Below are positions 9,564 through 18,051 of a stretch of DNA of 64,000 bases, piece by piece. Source of the DNA: Chloroflexota bacterium (GTDB taxonomy: Bacteria > Chloroflexota > UBA11872 > VXNJ01); NCBI GenBank assembly GCA_965261345.1, contig OZ253449.1:1952001-2016000 (forward strand). The letters are read 5' to 3'. The translations under genes were made by a program, and so were the position numbers. Each line of letters begins with the position of its first letter. The stretch's first letter is position 1. Below the pieces are notes generated by a model that did not search any database, was not told where the DNA came from, and saw only the letters and a list, made by a program, of their open reading frames with translations.

Positions 9564-9736
9564 GGTCGGCCCTTTGTCCAGTCCTTGTTCGGCCCACCTT
9601 GATGTATATATAGGACCATCTGAAAAAAATGCCGTTTGCACACGGAATTGGACCCCTCATTGGCACCGGACCGCAGCCGGCTTGGCCCATAGAATGACGA
9701 TTCATCAGGCAGCGGTTATCTGAAGGAAGCTTTCGC

Positions 9737-10633
9737 ATGCGTTTAAAGATCGGCAACTGCCCGGACTCCTGGGGAGTTTGGTTCGGTGAGCCCGACCCCC
9801 TGCAAACCCCCTGGGAACGCTGCTACGACGAGATTGCCGCGGCCGGGTACAAATACGCGGAATCAGGGCCGTTCGGTTATGCGCCGACCGACTCGGTCGA
9901 AATGAAGGCGGCAATGGAAAGCCGCGGCCTGTCGGTCGCCAGCACCAACATGATGGTCCACTACGAGGATGTTGCGGCGCGCAAGGAATTGACCGACCAG
10001 GCCCGCACCATATCCCAATACCTGGCCGATCTGGGTGCGCAGTATTTCATCTTTATCGATGGCAGTTACACGGACATGAACACCGGCAAGGCGATCATGC
10101 CAGTGCGACTCGGTGAGGCCGAATTCGCCGCGTTGATCGAATTTACGGTGGATCTGGCCCGGATTATCGCCGCCGATTACGGCCTGCGCCCGGTGTTCCA
10201 CCCGCATGCTGACACGCACGTGCAATATGAAGACCAGATCGAACAGTACCTGGAAGCTACCGATCAGAGCGATGTCGGGCTGCTTTTGGATACCGGCCAC
10301 CACGCCTACACCGGCGGCGACCCGGTGGCCTTCATGCGCAAGTGGGGGCACCGGGTCGATTACCTGCACCTGAAAAATGTTGAGTCGACCATCATCGAAC
10401 GGGTTCGCCGCGAAGGCATTTCGATGGCCCGAGCAACCAAGCTGGGGGTGTTCGTCGAACCCGACCACGGGGTGGTCGACTTTGACGAATTCCTCAAGGC
10501 GATCCGCGAAGTCGACTATTCCGGCTACGCGGTGGTCGAACAGGACATGTACCCGATCCCGTTTGACAAACCGCTGCCTATCGCCAGAAACACCCTGGCC
10601 TGGCTCACCCAGCACGGTTACCTGGACGACTAG
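9737..10633 (+). CDS. Sugar phosphate isomerase/epimerase TIM barrel, myo-inosose-2 dehydratase (IolE)-like
   Basis: PDSWGVWF, FHPHADTH, LDTGH, YLHLK, VVEQDMYP. Confidence 0.8.
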   Translation: MRLKIGNCPDSWGVWFGEPDPLQTPWERCYDEIAAAGYKYAESGPFGYAPTDSVEMKAAMESRGLSVASTNMMVHYEDVAARKELTDQARTISQYLADLGAQYFIFIDGSYTDMNTGKAIMPVRLGEAEFAALIEFTVDLARIIAADYGLRPVFHPHADTHVQYEDQIEQYLEATDQSDVGLLLDTGHHAYTGGDPVAFMRKWGHRVDYLHLKNVESTIIERVRREGISMARATKLGVFVEPDHGVVDFDEFLKAIREVDYSGYAVVEQDMYPIPFDKPLPIARNTLAWLTQHGYLDD

Positions 10634-10663
10634 GATGCCCCTTTTGCAAAGGATCTAACGGCG

Positions 10664-11497
10664 ATGTTTAGTGATCGGGCATTTCCCGACCAGTTCTCCG
10701 GTAAGGTTGCGGTGATCACCGGTTCCACCCTCGGGCTTGGCGAGGCCACGGCTCGGTTGCTGGCCGCCCGGGGCGCCAAGGGGCTGGTCATCTGTGGACG
10801 TTCGCGCGAGCGCGGTCTAGCGCTCGCCGAAGAGCTCTCATCTCAGGGCTGCCCGACCCGGTTTCAGCCGGCCGACCTTTCGCGGGCCGAGGATCTGGGT
10901 CCGATCATTGCCCGCGCCGACACCGAATTCGGCCAGCTCGACATCCTGGTCAACTGCGCCGGGGTCGGTCCCCGAGGGACCATCTGGGACACCAACCTGG
11001 CCACTTACGAATACATTTTTGCGGTCAATATGCGAGCTCCCTATTTCCTCACCCAGGCGGCGATCAAGCTGATGGACCGCGGCGGGCAGGGCGGGGCGAT
11101 CTGTTCGGTCGGCTCAATATCGGGCTATGGCGGCCAACCATACATAAATGCCTACAGCGCATCCAAGGGCGCGCTCATGTCATTTACGCGGAACACCGCG
11201 TTCTCGTTGCTGCGCCACCGGATCCGGATCAACGTGCTCAATATCGGCTGGGCCCAAACCCCGACCGAACATATCGTCCAAACGACGTCGCAGGGCCAGC
11301 CTGACGACTGGGTTGAGCGCGCCAATCGTGAACTCCCCTTTGGGCGGTTAGTCCAACCCGACGAAGTCGCCCGTGCGATTGCCTTTCTAACATCTGACGA
11401 GTCGGGCCTGATGACCGGTTCGCTAGTCGACTTTGATCAGTACGTAATCGGGGCGTTCCAAGAGCCGCCCCGACCGGCGCCGCTGGAGGTTTCATAA
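10664..11497 (+). CDS. Short-chain dehydrogenase/reductase
   Basis: TGSTLGLG, VNCAG, YSASK. Confidence 0.9.
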   Translation: MFSDRAFPDQFSGKVAVITGSTLGLGEATARLLAARGAKGLVICGRSRERGLALAEELSSQGCPTRFQPADLSRAEDLGPIIARADTEFGQLDILVNCAGVGPRGTIWDTNLATYEYIFAVNMRAPYFLTQAAIKLMDRGGQGGAICSVGSISGYGGQPYINAYSASKGALMSFTRNTAFSLLRHRIRINVLNIGWAQTPTEHIVQTTSQGQPDDWVERANRELPFGRLVQPDEVARAIAFLTSDESGLMTGSLVDFDQYVIGAFQEPPRPAPLEVS

Positions 11498-11501
11498 AAC
11501 C

Positions 11502-12398
11502 GTGCCCCGAATCAACCGTGCAATCGAATTGCTCGAATCGGGACAACCGGTCTACTACACCGCGCCGGCCGGGATCGACTATGAGTCCGGACTGAGCGAG
11601 GCCGGGACCTGGGCCGACTACCTGATCCTCGATTACGAGCACCACCCTTTTGACATGACCGCCCTGCGCGGGTTTATGCAGGGCCTAGTTGACGCCGGGC
11701 CGACCCGTTCCGGCCATCGGTCCCCGGCGGTAATCTGCACCCTGCCAGCGTCGGGCAAATCCGAATCGGAAATCCTCGACAACCAGTGGCAGATTACTCA
11801 TCTGCTCAATGCCGGCGTCCATGGCCTGCTGCTGTGCCGAGCCCGCGACCCGAGGGCGGTGGCCGCCTTCGTGCGCTGCGCACGATTCGTGTTTCAACGA
11901 CGAGCAGTGGGCCAGGTCGGTCCGGGACTGCGTGGCAACGGCGGGCAGGCCAATCCCGCCGAAATCTGGGGAGTTACCCCCGAGGAGTATTTGCAGATCG
12001 CCGATCCCTGGCCGCTTAATCCGAACGGCGAGCTACTGCTGGGAATAAAGCTGGAGGATCAGGATTGTGCGGCGGCGGCCGAGCAATGCGTGGCGGTTGA
12101 CGGCATCGCTTTTTCGGAATGGGGCCCGGGCGACATGGGCATGGCATACGGCTATCCGACCAATCACGATCCGCCCTATCCGCCCGAAATGGACGCGGCG
12201 CGGTTAAAGATCAAATCGGCCTCGGATGCTGCCGGACTGGCGTTTCTGATGGGTTGGAACGACCCGGCGATGTCATACGCCGAGCGGATCGCATATCTGA
12301 TTGACCGGGAACGGGTCAGCATAATCCCGCCTGGCCCGGCGGGTGCCGAATTGGCGGCCTGCGGACGTGACCGTACGGGCCGACAGCTTCCGGTTTGA
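11502..12398 (+). CDS. HpcH/HpaI aldolase/citrate lyase family protein
   Basis: RINRAIELL, DYEH, ADPWPLNPNGELLLGIKLED, EWGPGDMG. Confidence 0.75.
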   Translation: MPRINRAIELLESGQPVYYTAPAGIDYESGLSEAGTWADYLILDYEHHPFDMTALRGFMQGLVDAGPTRSGHRSPAVICTLPASGKSESEILDNQWQITHLLNAGVHGLLLCRARDPRAVAAFVRCARFVFQRRAVGQVGPGLRGNGGQANPAEIWGVTPEEYLQIADPWPLNPNGELLLGIKLEDQDCAAAAEQCVAVDGIAFSEWGPGDMGMAYGYPTNHDPPYPPEMDAARLKIKSASDAAGLAFLMGWNDPAMSYAERIAYLIDRERVSIIPPGPAGAELAACGRDRTGRQLPV

Positions 12399-12408
12399 GT
12401 AAGAGCCG

Positions 12409-13173
12409 GTGGCCTCGGTGACCACCGCGCAGGCGCTTTCGCTGCTGGGGGCCGAACCGGAATTGCTCTCGGCGGCCGAGCGATGCAGTCTGGACGCCCT
12501 GGGCTACGTCGTGTTCCCGGACCTGCTAACACCGAAGCGGTTGTCCGATCTTGCCGGCCGGTTTGACGAGTTGCTGGAGATCGAGGACGGGCAAGCCCGC
12601 GAATTGGTCGCTGAAGCAAATGTGCCGCGACTTGCCAACCTGGTCGACAAGGGCCGGGTGTGGGATATCTGCTACACCCACCCCAAGGTGCTGTCGGCGG
12701 TCTTCCATGTCATCGGCGGCGAGATTCATCTGGCCTCGCTCAACGGCCGTTCGGCTCCGCCCGGCCATGGTCACCAGAACCTCCACTGCGACAACCGCGG
12801 CAGCCTTCGGAACCTGGACTACAGGATCTGCAACTCGCTGTGGATGCTCGACGACTTCACAGCTGAAAACGGCGCCACCCGATTGGTTCCCAGATCGCAT
12901 CTGGAGGTCGCCCATCCAGCCGATCGCCTCTCCGACCCGGCAGCGCCCCACCCCGACGAAATCCTGGCGCTCGGCCGGGCCGGCACGGTGGTGGTGTTCA
13001 ACGGGATCGCCTGGCACGGCGGGACTGCCAATCGCACGGACCGGGCGCGCCGCGCGATCCATTCGTTCTGGCTCTCCCGGCATATCCCGCAGCAAACCGA
13101 CCAGGCCCGCTGGCTGTCACCGGAAACGCTGGCCCGGCTGTCGCCGCCACAGCGTTACCTGTTGCACGTTTGA
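12409..13173 (+). CDS. Phytanoyl-CoA dioxygenase (PhyH) family Fe(II)/2OG oxygenase
   Basis: HCD...WH triad, WMLDDFTAENGATRLVPRSH. Confidence 0.88.
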   Translation: MASVTTAQALSLLGAEPELLSAAERCSLDALGYVVFPDLLTPKRLSDLAGRFDELLEIEDGQARELVAEANVPRLANLVDKGRVWDICYTHPKVLSAVFHVIGGEIHLASLNGRSAPPGHGHQNLHCDNRGSLRNLDYRICNSLWMLDDFTAENGATRLVPRSHLEVAHPADRLSDPAAPHPDEILALGRAGTVVVFNGIAWHGGTANRTDRARRAIHSFWLSRHIPQQTDQARWLSPETLARLSPPQRYLLHV

Positions 13174-13253
13174 GGTCCCAGCCAGGCCAACCGAACGGTG
13201 TTTTTAATACCCCCTTGCCGACCCATCCGGGGAGATACTAGGTACGTAGAGGA

Positions 13254-13275
13254 AGCCTTCATCGGGATGAAGGCT
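13254..13275. repeat. Perfect 10-bp inverted repeat (operator or hairpin) between the tandem PhyH genes
   Basis: AGCCTTCATC-GG-GATGAAGGCT. Confidence 0.6.
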
Positions 13276-13297
13276 GAAATTTGAAGGTGAGGGGACT

Positions 13298-14062
13298 ATG
13301 GACCATGCAACCGCCCTTTCTGCACTAGGGGTAACCAAAGATCTGCTAAGCGCCGAGGAAAAATCCGAACTTGATGAACGCGGCTACACGTACTTCCACA
13401 ACGTTCTTAGCCCTGAGCAGCTGGCAGCGATTCGCGATCGCTTCGATCAGATCGAACGCGACGAGGGTGAGCAGGCGGGCGACGAGTTCTTCGAAGTGAA
13501 AGAGGCCGGGATCGGTCGATTGGCCAACCTGGTCGACAAGGGTGACGAATTTGCGCCCTGCTACACCCACCCCAAGATCCTGGCCGCGATGTCCTACATC
13601 ATGAACGATGAGATTCAATTCGATTCGCTCAACGGACGCAATTGTCCGCCCGGTGAGGGTCTGCAAGCACTCCATTGTGATGCGATGGGTACGCCCGATG
13701 ACCGTGGTTTCCGGGTCTGTCAATCGCTCTGGATCCTTGACGATTTCACTCCCCAAAACGGAGCTACGCGAATAGTTCCAGGGACCCATAAGCTGGGGGT
13801 CCGTCCCAACGAAGTACTCGACGATCCGCGCGCCGATCACCCCGACCAGGATTTGATACTGGCGCCCGCCGGAACGGTGGTTATTTTCAACGGGCACGCC
13901 TGGCACAGTGGCACCCAGAATCGCAGCCAGGGACAGCGGCGCGTGCTGCACGGTTGCTATGTGCGGCGCGACCAGAAGCAGCAGCAGGTGCAGGCAGAGT
14001 CGCTCTCACCGGAAACGGTCGCCCGGCTGGAGCCGTCGGTTCGCCACATCCTCCACGTTTGA
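13298..14062 (+). CDS. PhyH family Fe(II)/2OG oxygenase, tandem paralog
   Basis: HCD...WH triad, WILDDFTPQNGATRIVPGTH. Confidence 0.9.
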   Translation: MDHATALSALGVTKDLLSAEEKSELDERGYTYFHNVLSPEQLAAIRDRFDQIERDEGEQAGDEFFEVKEAGIGRLANLVDKGDEFAPCYTHPKILAAMSYIMNDEIQFDSLNGRNCPPGEGLQALHCDAMGTPDDRGFRVCQSLWILDDFTPQNGATRIVPGTHKLGVRPNEVLDDPRADHPDQDLILAPAGTVVIFNGHAWHSGTQNRSQGQRRVLHGCYVRRDQKQQQVQAESLSPETVARLEPSVRHILHV

Positions 14063-14075
14063 CACCGCCAGGAAA

Positions 14076-15242
14076 GTGGGTGAACGGGCCAGCGTAGGGA
14101 TCATCGGCGGCGGGGTAGTAGGAGCCTCGATCGCTTGGCATCTCTGCCAGCGGGGCATTAGCGACGTCGTCGTCATCGAGCGCAATCCGCTTCCCGGCTG
14201 GGGTTCAACCGGCCGGGCCGCCGGCGGATTCCGTCATCAATTTGCCCACGGCGCCGATATTGCTTTTTCGCGGCTGGCCTTTGAGCGCCTCGCCCGCTTT
14301 GAGTCCGAAACGGGGGTGGATTCGCAGCTGCGGCTAAACGGCTACCTGTTTCTGGCCCGCAGCCGGCGACGGCTCGCTGAGCTGACGGCAATCCATTCCG
14401 TCCAGCGCCAGGCCGGGTTGACCGAGGCGGTGCTGCTTGACCAGCCCGCGGTTGGCGAACTGGTTCCACATATCGTTACCGAGGACGTGTTGGGGGCGTC
14501 CTACTGCCCAATTGACGGTTTCCTCGATCCGCTTTACATAATGACCGGATACCGCCGAGCCGCCGAGGGCGCTGGGGCGAGGTTTCTGTTCGACCAGGAG
14601 GTCGATGAGATCAGCGTGAGCGCCGGCCGGGTGCGCTCCCTGCGGGGCCCGGATATCGATATTGCAGTCGACTGGGCGGTCGTTGCGGCCGGGGCCTGGT
14701 CGGGTCGATTCTTGGCGCAGATGGGTCAGAAGCTGGACCTGATGCCGCTGCGCCGGCAGATTGCCGGTACCCATCCGGTGGCGCAACTGCCGGCGTCGGC
14801 GCCGATGACGATCGAGGAGGACGGATTTCATTTCCGCAAGGACCACCTCGGCGGGGGCGGGGCGATGTTGATCTACGAAGACCCGGACGAGCGGTCCAGT
14901 TTCAACCAGGTATTCGACGCCGAATTTGGGGCCAGGGTACTGCCGCGATTCGTGGCACGCATGCGCGACGATATTGATCCGGTGCTCTCGCCACGCAAGT
15001 GCTGGGCCGGGCTATACGCGGTTACGCCCGACGCGCATCCCTACATCGGACCGCTGGGCGATCCCGCCGGAGTGGTCTTGGCGGCGGGGTTTTCCGGTCA
15101 CGGAGTAATGCACTCGCCAGCGACCGGTCAGGTGGTGGCGCAAATGATCGCCGATGGGGAGATCCCCTCGCTAGCCCGGCCCTACAGCCCCGACCGGTTT
15201 GCCCGCGGTGAGGAATTTAGCGGGGCCGGCAACATCTACTAG
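14076..15242 (+). CDS. FAD-dependent oxidoreductase (DAO/sarcosine oxidase beta-like)
   Basis: GTG start after AGGA; IIGGGVVG, GSTGRAAGG, WAGLYAVTPD, GFSGHG. Confidence 0.88.
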   Translation: MGERASVGIIGGGVVGASIAWHLCQRGISDVVVIERNPLPGWGSTGRAAGGFRHQFAHGADIAFSRLAFERLARFESETGVDSQLRLNGYLFLARSRRRLAELTAIHSVQRQAGLTEAVLLDQPAVGELVPHIVTEDVLGASYCPIDGFLDPLYIMTGYRRAAEGAGARFLFDQEVDEISVSAGRVRSLRGPDIDIAVDWAVVAAGAWSGRFLAQMGQKLDLMPLRRQIAGTHPVAQLPASAPMTIEEDGFHFRKDHLGGGGAMLIYEDPDERSSFNQVFDAEFGARVLPRFVARMRDDIDPVLSPRKCWAGLYAVTPDAHPYIGPLGDPAGVVLAAGFSGHGVMHSPATGQVVAQMIADGEIPSLARPYSPDRFARGEEFSGAGNIY

Positions 15243-15551
15243 TAGCCGCGCCGGTTCAGCCGGGATGCACAGGGCGCGGCGTTCCCGTACGACCACCGGT
15301 TGGTCCGGTCGCTCAGCGCCGAGATTTCGGCAGCGGTGTGCGCGCCGAAAACCCGGCGATCAAGACGCCGCCGCCGCGGCCTTACACGATCGGCTTAAAT
15401 CCCGGGCGGAGGATATTAGGCCCGTCCAATCGCACTAGCTGGCAGCGGCCAATGATTCGCCCCGGCCGTTATTTCAGAGCGGGTGAACCGGGTTGCGCGA
15501 CCGCAACCCGGTTCATGTTTAATTTCTGTCGCAGCTGCGATTTCCGGCTGT

Positions 15552-16391
15552 TTAGCCGACTTCGACCGGAGTTCCGATCATGCTGCCCCATTCGGTCCAG
15601 GAGCCGTCGTAATTGCGAACGTCGGAAACGCCGATCAATTCCTTGAGCACGAACCAGGTGTGCGAAGAGCGTTCACCGATTCGGCAGTAGGCGATCGTTT
15701 CTTGGCCCTTCGACACTCCCTTGGCGCCGTAGATTGTATTGAGCTCATCGGCCGCCTTGAAAGTGCCGTCGCTGTTGACCGCGGTCGCCCACGGGACGTT
15801 GGCCGCCCCAGGAATGCGTCCCATCCGCTGGGCGGTTTCGGGCAGCCCTGGCGGAGCCATGATCTCACCCCGAAATTCCGCCGGTGCGCGTACGTCGATT
15901 AACACCACGTCGCGATCGAGTGCGCCCAGAACTTGCGGTTGGTAGGCTCGCAATTCATCATTGCGGGGGTTGGCCTGGTAGCTGGTGCGCGGATAGGAAA
16001 CCGGATCGGTGGAAATCTCGCGTCCGTCCAGCTCCCACTTGACCCGACCGCCGTTGAGCAGATGCACATCATCGTGGCCGTAGAGCTTGAACTGCCAGTA
16101 GGCAAAGGCAGCGAACCAGTTGTTGTTATCCCCGTAGAGGACGACGCAGGTGTCGTTGGCGATCCCGGCCGAGGAGAGCAACTCTTCCCAGTCGGCTTGG
16201 TCGACGATGTCGCGGCGGATGTTGTCGGAAAGCTGGGACTGCCAGTTCCAACCTACCGCCCCAGGGATGTGACCGCTCTCGTAAGCGGTCGTATCGACAT
16301 CGACTTCAACCAAGCGGACGTTGGCGTCACCGCCATGTTCTGCCACCCAGTCGGCGGTTACCAGGGCTGCCGGGTTTGCGTATTCGGCCAT
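15552..16391 (-). CDS. Tandem-domain sulfurtransferase (rhodanese, CysA/SseA type)
   Basis: GHIPGAV, YCRIGERS active-site loop, YDGSWTEW signature. Confidence 0.93.
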   Translation of the reverse strand: MAEYANPAALVTADWVAEHGGDANVRLVEVDVDTTAYESGHIPGAVGWNWQSQLSDNIRRDIVDQADWEELLSSAGIANDTCVVLYGDNNNWFAAFAYWQFKLYGHDDVHLLNGGRVKWELDGREISTDPVSYPRTSYQANPRNDELRAYQPQVLGALDRDVVLIDVRAPAEFRGEIMAPPGLPETAQRMGRIPGAANVPWATAVNSDGTFKAADELNTIYGAKGVSKGQETIAYCRIGERSSHTWFVLKELIGVSDVRNYDGSWTEWGSMIGTPVEVG

Positions 16392-16402
16392 GCTCAATTC
16401 CT

Positions 16403-16469
16403 TTCCCAATTAAGGGCTCACAAGCGTGCGTTGCACATTCTTAAGTAATATAGTCAACTTAATTGGGAA
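16403..16469. repeat. 12-bp perfect inverted repeat with 43-nt spacer containing an Rrf2-like box
   Basis: TTCCCAATTAAG (16403-16414) and CTTAATTGGGAA (16458-16469). Confidence 0.75.
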
Positions 16470-16926
16470 TGACAATTGCGAATTAGGCGAGCCGACCCTG
16501 TTTGAGGATCCCCGCCCGCGTTCTGGCGACGGGTATTCTGCCATCGAAATTGGCACCTTCGGTCGCCACGATGCGGTTCTGGCCCGCAGCGACGGGCCGC
16601 CGCCGCATCGCTTTGCAGTGTACGTGCGCCCGCAGCAGGATCCAGGGCTGGCCCAACGGGCGTTCAAGGAAGGCCACGTCCTTATGTTGCTCGGATTTCG
16701 CCCGCGGGCCCGCTGCAAATTTTTTGCGGTCGGATGCGCGCTGGCGGGCGGGTTTGAACTGCTGCTCGACCAGGCCCCGGGAAAAGTGCCGGAGGCTGAC
16801 GCGCGGGCGCTGTTCGCGCGGTTGGCGGCCGATTTGGCACCGATCCTCGACCAGGTCGCCTGGCAGATGGCATCGGCATCGGATTTGGGGCTGTCGATCG
16901 AGTTGCCGCGACCACGGCCCGACTAG
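16426..16926 (+). CDS. Hypothetical protein, start uncertain
   Basis: Most protein-like frame in the roughly 600 bp gap; no motif recognised. Confidence 0.4.
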   Translation: MRCTFLSNIVNLIGNDNCELGEPTLFEDPRPRSGDGYSAIEIGTFGRHDAVLARSDGPPPHRFAVYVRPQQDPGLAQRAFKEGHVLMLLGFRPRARCKFFAVGCALAGGFELLLDQAPGKVPEADARALFARLAADLAPILDQVAWQMASASDLGLSIELPRPRPD

Positions 16927-17055
16927 CGCTGGCCCGGCCGCGCCAATTCGTTTGTCGGCGTTGTGATTCTTAAAATAGCAATACTCGGCGTGCGCGATTC
17001 GCCAAATGAGCGCGAACGATCCGACGAGAAAGACAAGTTGTGAGGGGTAAGGTCG

Positions 17056-18006
17056 ATGAATAGCTCGGGCAGGATTGCCTATCTGAACGGCGATTGGGTT
17101 CCTGAAGCCGAGGCGACGGTTTCGGTGTTTGACCTGGGTGTGCTCTACGGTCAGATGGTTTTCGAATTTACCCGGACCTATAACCGTCGCCCCTTTCGCT
17201 TGGGTCATCATCTCGAACGCCTCTACAACTCGATGCAGGTCGCGGTCATCGATTGCGGCATGACCATTGATGCAATGTACGACGTGACCATGGAACTGCT
17301 GGAGCGCAATTTCCCCACCCTGGCCGAAGGCGACGATTTTGGGATCTGGCACAACTGCTCGCCCGGCGCCCTTGGTCAGTACCACTGCATGGTCCCGCAG
17401 GGTTCGCTACCCACGGTGGCGCTGAGCGTTTGGCCGATTTCGGCCACCAAACCCCAACAGTGGATTCATCAGATCACCGGCATGGATGCGGTAATAACGC
17501 CCCAGCGCTCAGTACCGTCTAAATTGATTGATCCCAAGGTCAAGAACCGGTCGCGGATGCATTACCGCATGGCCGAAGTCCAAGCGGCGCGGATCAAACC
17601 GGGCTCGATGGCGATGCTAATTGATGACGACGGACACATTACCGAAGGAACCAGTTGCAACGTGATGATCGTGCGCGATGGCAAGTTGATATCGCCGGAA
17701 CCGCGAAACATCCTGCGTGGCATCACCCGCGGGGCGATCATCGATCTGGCCCATGCCCAGGAGATACCCTTCGTCGAGACCAACCTTGATCCGTTCGACG
17801 TCTATACCGCCGATGAGGCCTTCTTCTGCTCGACATCCTTTGCGATCATGCCTATCCGGACGGTTGACGACCACCAGATCAGCGAATCGATCCCTGGACC
17901 GGTAACTCAACGGCTCATCGACGCTTTCTCCGATGATGCCGGAATCGACATCCTTGACCAAGCGCGTCGGCTCTTCAATCTCCCTGAGCCCGCATTGGCG
18001 GGTTGA
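17056..18006 (+). CDS. Aminotransferase class IV (branched-chain amino acid aminotransferase-like)
   Basis: SVFDLGVLYG, HLERL, EGTSCN, ILRGITR, ADEAF. Confidence 0.88.
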   Translation: MNSSGRIAYLNGDWVPEAEATVSVFDLGVLYGQMVFEFTRTYNRRPFRLGHHLERLYNSMQVAVIDCGMTIDAMYDVTMELLERNFPTLAEGDDFGIWHNCSPGALGQYHCMVPQGSLPTVALSVWPISATKPQQWIHQITGMDAVITPQRSVPSKLIDPKVKNRSRMHYRMAEVQAARIKPGSMAMLIDDDGHITEGTSCNVMIVRDGKLISPEPRNILRGITRGAIIDLAHAQEIPFVETNLDPFDVYTADEAFFCSTSFAIMPIRTVDDHQISESIPGPVTQRLIDAFSDDAGIDILDQARRLFNLPEPALAG

Positions 18007-18051
18007 TCGGGCCGTTCAGCCGCGGTCGCACCTAACCGGACGGCCGCCGAA

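Noticed and set aside
13908-14075. N-terminal extension of the FAD oxidoreductase
   Set aside because: Overlaps the PhyH gene; the Rossmann motif begins right after GTG 14076
15243-15551. Small ORFs between convergent genes
   Set aside because: No recognisable motif or RBS; cannot support a gene
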